Source: Arcobacteraceae bacterium
GTDB taxonomy: Bacteria; Campylobacterota; Campylobacteria; Campylobacterales; Arcobacteraceae
Direction of reading: 5' to 3'
Assembly: GCA_048268245.1 (NCBI GenBank)
Contig: JBLWVX010000006.1
Coordinates: 45,416-109,415 of the forward strand
Length of the DNA stretch: 64,000 nucleotides
The stretch's first letter is position 1. Each line of letters starts with the position of its first letter. Shown here piece by piece: positions 60,480 to 64,000 of this stretch. The notes under the pieces are model-generated. The model made no database searches, was not told the DNA's origin, and saw nothing but the letters and a program-made list of their open reading frames with translations. Position numbers and translations under genes: made by a program.

Positions 60480-60693
60480 AACACAACCTTTTTATAGTTT
60501 AAAATACTAATAAAACATAGTAAAAACTCATATTTGCTCATAAAAGCTTTTTTGCGATTTTGAACGTGCGATTACACTACTAAAACAAACCTCGTCCAAA
60601 TATAGAGTTAAGTTTATTTTAAGATATTAACTTACATTTAGACCCTACTAAAGAGTTTATATATTATATAAAATAAAAACAAAAAGGACAAGT

Positions 60694-61206
60694 ATGAAAA
60701 ACATTATTCTTCTTTTAGTTACTGCATTTTTATTTTTTGGATGTAGCTCAAAAAATCCTCCTTTAGAAACAGTAAATAAAGTTGATGTTCAAAAATATCT
60801 TGGTACTTGGTATGAAATAGCAAGGTTTGAACATAGATTTGAGGAAGGATGTAAAAATGTGACTGCAAACTATTCTTTAAAAGATAATGGTGATATAAAA
60901 GTTATAAACTCTTGTACTCAAATAAAAACAGGAGAAAAAACACAAGCAACTGGTGTTGCATATGCAGTTGACGAAACAAATAGTAAGCTTAAAGTTAGTT
61001 TTTTTAGACCATTTTATGGGGACTATTGGATTTTAATGCTTGATGAAGAGTATAAATATGCACTTGTTGGCTCACCAAATAGAGAATATTTATGGATTTT
61101 ATCTAGAACAAAAACTATAACTGAAGAAACAAAAAATAGTATCTTAGCAAAACTTCCATCTTTAAAATTTGATGCATCAAAATTTATATGGACTATTCAG
61201 GATTAA
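60694..61206 (+). CDS. blc: Outer-membrane lipocalin lipoprotein (Blc-like)
   Basis: Lipobox FFGC; YLGTWYEIARF, LKVSFF.PF.GDYW, YLWILSR. Confidence 0.9.
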   Translation: MKNIILLLVTAFLFFGCSSKNPPLETVNKVDVQKYLGTWYEIARFEHRFEEGCKNVTANYSLKDNGDIKVINSCTQIKTGEKTQATGVAYAVDETNSKLKVSFFRPFYGDYWILMLDEEYKYALVGSPNREYLWILSRTKTITEETKNSILAKLPSLKFDASKFIWTIQD

Positions 61207-61210
61207 ATAT

Positions 61211-61495
61211 ATGTATTATAAAAAGCTACACAAACCTAAAAAGCCAAAAGAATTAGAAAATGATATGCAAGAGTTTGATGATAATAGACTAATCGAAATG
61301 GCTTGGCAAGACAGAACAACTTTTGATGCTATATACCTTCAATACGGACTTACAGAAAATCAAGTTAAAAAAAGAATGAAAAAATTACTAAGCAAAGATG
61401 GGTTTAAAAGATGGAGAAAAAGAGTTCATGGTAGAGCAACAAAACATAAAAATAAAGTTTACCATAAAGCAAATAGGTTTCAAGGTCCATGGTAA
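61211..61495 (+). CDS. TIGR03643/DUF2805-like protein
   Basis: RLIEMAWQDRT.FDAI..QYGL.E..V, F..WRKRV.GR.TKH. Confidence 0.85.
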   Translation: MYYKKLHKPKKPKELENDMQEFDDNRLIEMAWQDRTTFDAIYLQYGLTENQVKKRMKKLLSKDGFKRWRKRVHGRATKHKNKVYHKANRFQGPW

Positions 61496-61574
61496 TCTTC
61501 TATTCATGAAATGACAATTTTTTTATACTAAAGGCGCTGCTTTTAGTATAAAATAAATAAAAAAAGGACTTAAG

Positions 61575-61838
61575 ATGTTAAAAGAGTTAATTTTTACAGG
61601 TTTAGGTGCAACTGCTGTTATAAAGGACAAAGTTGAAGATGAACTTAAGAAGTTAGAAGAAAAAGGTAAAATTGATTCTTCAGATGTAAAAGGCTTTATA
61701 GAATCTTTGGAGAAGAAGGGGCAAGACGAAGAAGAAAGACTTAAAAAGCATATCAAAGATAGTTTAAAAGAAGCTATTAATGAGCTTGGTCTTGCAACTA
61801 AAAAAGATTTAGAGAAATTAAAAAAGGATCTAAAATAG
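61575..61838 (+). CDS. Phasin-like small coiled-coil protein
   Basis: L...GLGA, L.EKGKI, LGLATKKDL pattern; AAGGA RBS. Confidence 0.75.
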   Translation: MLKELIFTGLGATAVIKDKVEDELKKLEEKGKIDSSDVKGFIESLEKKGQDEEERLKKHIKDSLKEAINELGLATKKDLEKLKKDLK

Positions 61839-61903
61839 AAACTTTTTTCTCTAAACTGAAACTCTACTCACCTAAAAGAGTCTATAAAGTCTTTAGGTTT
61901 TTA

Positions 61904-63391
61904 ATGACTGTTTATTTAGTTATTAAGAAAAAAGAGAGTTTTATGTGGATTAAACCTCTTGACCCTAAAGGCTTAAAAAACACTACAATACAATTGGGTG
62001 CTAGTTTCATAAAATTAGCTCAAGTGCTGGCAACACGGGCTGATTTTTTTAGTGAAGATTACTTAGGTGAATTAAGACAACTTCACGACCAACTTCCAAC
62101 AATGTCAAATGACAGTTTCCAAAGGGTATTTGAAAGAGCATTTTCAAATACTCCTTTTAAAAAGTTTGAAAAAAAAGCTATTGCTTCTGCATCTATAGGT
62201 CAAGTACATATTGCCAAACTAAAAGATGGACAAAAAGTAGCTGTAAAACTAAGACGTGAGGGAATAAAACAAAGAGTTATAGCAGATATAAATATAATCT
62301 CTTTTTTTAATAAAATATTCAAACCCCTATTTTCACACTATACAAAAAACTCAATTGAAGCTGTAATTGTTGAGTTTTCATCTATGATTAGACAAGAGGT
62401 TAGCTTAACAACTGAACTTCAAAATCTTAAAAAGTTTTCCTCTACTTATAAAGATGAAGATATAAATTTCCCAATACCTTATGAGCAATACTGTAGTGAT
62501 GATGCTCTTGTTATGAGCTATGAAGAAGGTTTTAGATTTGATGATAAGGAATCAATACTTAAATACAATATAGATTTTAACAAGATTATTTCAAATTTAG
62601 TTAGTTTTTATACTACTCAAATGCTAATAAAAGGTTATTTTCATGCTGATCCTCATCCTGGAAATATACTTATCACAAAAGAAGGAAATATAACTATGCT
62701 TGATTTTGGTATGGTAAAAACTGTACCAAATGATAAAAGAGTAGCAATAATTGAACTTATAAAAGCTGCAAATGAACAAGACTATGAACTATATATTAGT
62801 GCTAGTAAAAGACTTGGAACTATTGCTTATGAAGCCCCTACTAGCGAGCTTGCAGAGTTTACAAGTAAAATGTTTGATATATTTTCAAATGATAATCTTG
62901 ATAGTGAATCTATGCAAAAATTAGCTTTTGAAGTATTGGAGAGTACTAGAAATATGCCTTTTAAATTACCAAGTGATGCTATATATATTTTAAGAGTTAG
63001 TGCAATCATAGAAGGACTAGGTACAACATATATTGAAAACTTCAATGGTGTAAAAGACATCTTGCCAATACTAAAAGACAATCTTCCAAAAGCTCTTGGA
63101 GCGAAAGACTCAATAGTTGAGACTATAATAGATGAGATAAAAGACATACCTTTTACAATCAAAGATTTAAAGTCAACTTTAAAACAAGCAAGTGAAGGTG
63201 ACCTTGAAGTTCAGATTTCGCAAAATCAGTTGGAGTACTTAACTAAAGAAGTTAAAGAGTACTTAAAGCCTAAGTTTGTATCTTTGTCTTTGATGATAAG
63301 TTCAATTTTCATTTTGCTTTTAGACAAAGAGTATAAAGAAATAGCAATAGGACTTTTTGTTTTTGCTCTTGCTAGAATAATATATAAATAA
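61904..63391 (+). CDS. AarF/UbiB (ABC1) atypical kinase; true start probably upstream of 61904
   Basis: LGASFIKLAQ..TR.D, ASASIGQVH, VAVK, FHADPHPGN, LDFGM; frame stays open back to about 61802. Confidence 0.92.
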   Translation: MTVYLVIKKKESFMWIKPLDPKGLKNTTIQLGASFIKLAQVLATRADFFSEDYLGELRQLHDQLPTMSNDSFQRVFERAFSNTPFKKFEKKAIASASIGQVHIAKLKDGQKVAVKLRREGIKQRVIADINIISFFNKIFKPLFSHYTKNSIEAVIVEFSSMIRQEVSLTTELQNLKKFSSTYKDEDINFPIPYEQYCSDDALVMSYEEGFRFDDKESILKYNIDFNKIISNLVSFYTTQMLIKGYFHADPHPGNILITKEGNITMLDFGMVKTVPNDKRVAIIELIKAANEQDYELYISASKRLGTIAYEAPTSELAEFTSKMFDIFSNDNLDSESMQKLAFEVLESTRNMPFKLPSDAIYILRVSAIIEGLGTTYIENFNGVKDILPILKDNLPKALGAKDSIVETIIDEIKDIPFTIKDLKSTLKQASEGDLEVQISQNQLEYLTKEVKEYLKPKFVSLSLMISSIFILLLDKEYKEIAIGLFVFALARIIYK

Positions 63392-63400
63392 GGAAATATT

Positions 63401-64000
63401 ATGAACATAGCTATAATTGGTGCAGGCTTTAGTGGATGCTATTTATATAATAGATTAAAAAATGAAAATCATGATATCAAAATCTTTGAAAAATCAAGAG
63501 GATGTGGAGGAAGACTAAGTACAAAATATATAGATGATAAATTTGTAGATCATGGAACACCCTACTTTGAGACTAAAGAGCCTGATTTTATCTATTTTGC
63601 AAATAGATTTGAAAGAAAAGGTATATTAAGAAAAGAAAAAAATAAATATTTCCCAACAAATGGTATAAATAAATTTTGCTCTTCAATGATAGATAAAAAA
63701 GATTTAGTAAAACAAACAAAAATAATAAAGTGTATAAAAAAAGAGTCATTATGGTACTTATATGATGAAAAGTCTAAGTGTTACGATGGTTTTGATTTAC
63801 TTGTTGTAACTATTCCAGCACCACAAATTTTAGAAATGGATATACAAATAGATGAAAAAATAGCCCAAGATTTAGCAGACGTAAAATACAACTCAATAGC
63901 AACACTTATACTTTACGATGATAAAGAGTTTAAAGTAAATGAAGATTTATTTAGCTCACAGTTTTTCAAAAAAGTAGTAGATAATAGTGCTAAATATGAC
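63401..64000 (+). CDS. Renalase-like NAD(P)/FAD-dependent oxidoreductase, 5' part (runs off window)
   Basis: MNIAIIGAGFSG...FEKSRGCGGRLST...DHG.PYF...TIPAPQ; AAGGA RBS; absent from the ORF track. Confidence 0.88.
   Translation, partial: MNIAIIGAGFSGCYLYNRLKNENHDIKIFEKSRGCGGRLSTKYIDDKFVDHGTPYFETKEPDFIYFANRFERKGILRKEKNKYFPTNGINKFCSSMIDKKDLVKQTKIIKCIKKESLWYLYDEKSKCYDGFDLLVVTIPAPQILEMDIQIDEKIAQDLADVKYNSIATLILYDDKEFKVNEDLFSSQFFKKVVDNSAKYD

Noticed and set aside
60553..60597. CpG-rich patch in the divergent intergenic region before blc
   Set aside because: No convincing hairpin, repeat or recognisable RNA motif by eye
37288..61519. AAATGACAA upstream of both the lipocalin gene (about 37288) and the phasin-like gene (about 61508) as a shared regulator site
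   Set aside because: A 9-bp AT-rich match with no second half-site or consistent spacing; expected by chance at this base composition
1773..63408. Many short ORFs in the track that are antisense to or overlap longer genes (e.g. 1773-1997, 5710-5988, 18261-18491, 25373-25564, 60136-60510, 62827-63162)
   Set aside because: They lie inside well-supported genes, lack RBS and motifs, and have the Phe/Leu/Ser-rich composition of shadow frames
1..64000. rRNA, tRNA, CRISPR arrays, transposases, integrases or prophage genes
   Set aside because: No extended GC-rich structured RNA segment, no regularly spaced repeats and no ORF with such motifs were seen

Overview
Very AT-rich bacterial chromosome window whose gene content and protein style point to Campylobacterota, most likely Arcobacteraceae (inference). 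1-15.6 kb and 21.9-34.7 kb are mostly housekeeping and signalling genes: hemN (3' part), lgt, polA, kdsB, lptB, tsaE, trpD, argG, dUTPase, a CetAB-like MCP/PAS pair, recR, dnaJ, trpB and thiD. The most unusual element is a compact four-gene operon at 15.7-21.8 kb: an M20 carboxypeptidase, a RimK-like ATP-grasp ligase, a second ATP-grasp ligase fused to tandem ComEA-like helix-hairpin-helix domains, and an M14 carboxypeptidase with FN3 and duplicated beta-rich domains. It looks like a writer/eraser peptide-tagging system with an unknown substrate. 34.7-64 kb is accessory: a decaying light/singlet-oxygen-stress-type cluster (internally deleted thiE, a deletion-fused FAD oxidoreductase::cfa chimera, a shortened photolyase, a frameshifted MFS gene), an operon around a divergent heme-copper-oxidase-like membrane protein with its own two-component system and candidate operator repeats, an HD-GYP pseudogene, a yqhC/yqhD-like pair, an SHP/diheme cytochrome c operon, a radical SAM DNA-repair pair, and a lipocalin/phasin-like/AarF/renalase-like block. 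I found no rRNA, tRNA, CRISPR array or transposase. All calls come from reading motifs by eye; no database search was run.
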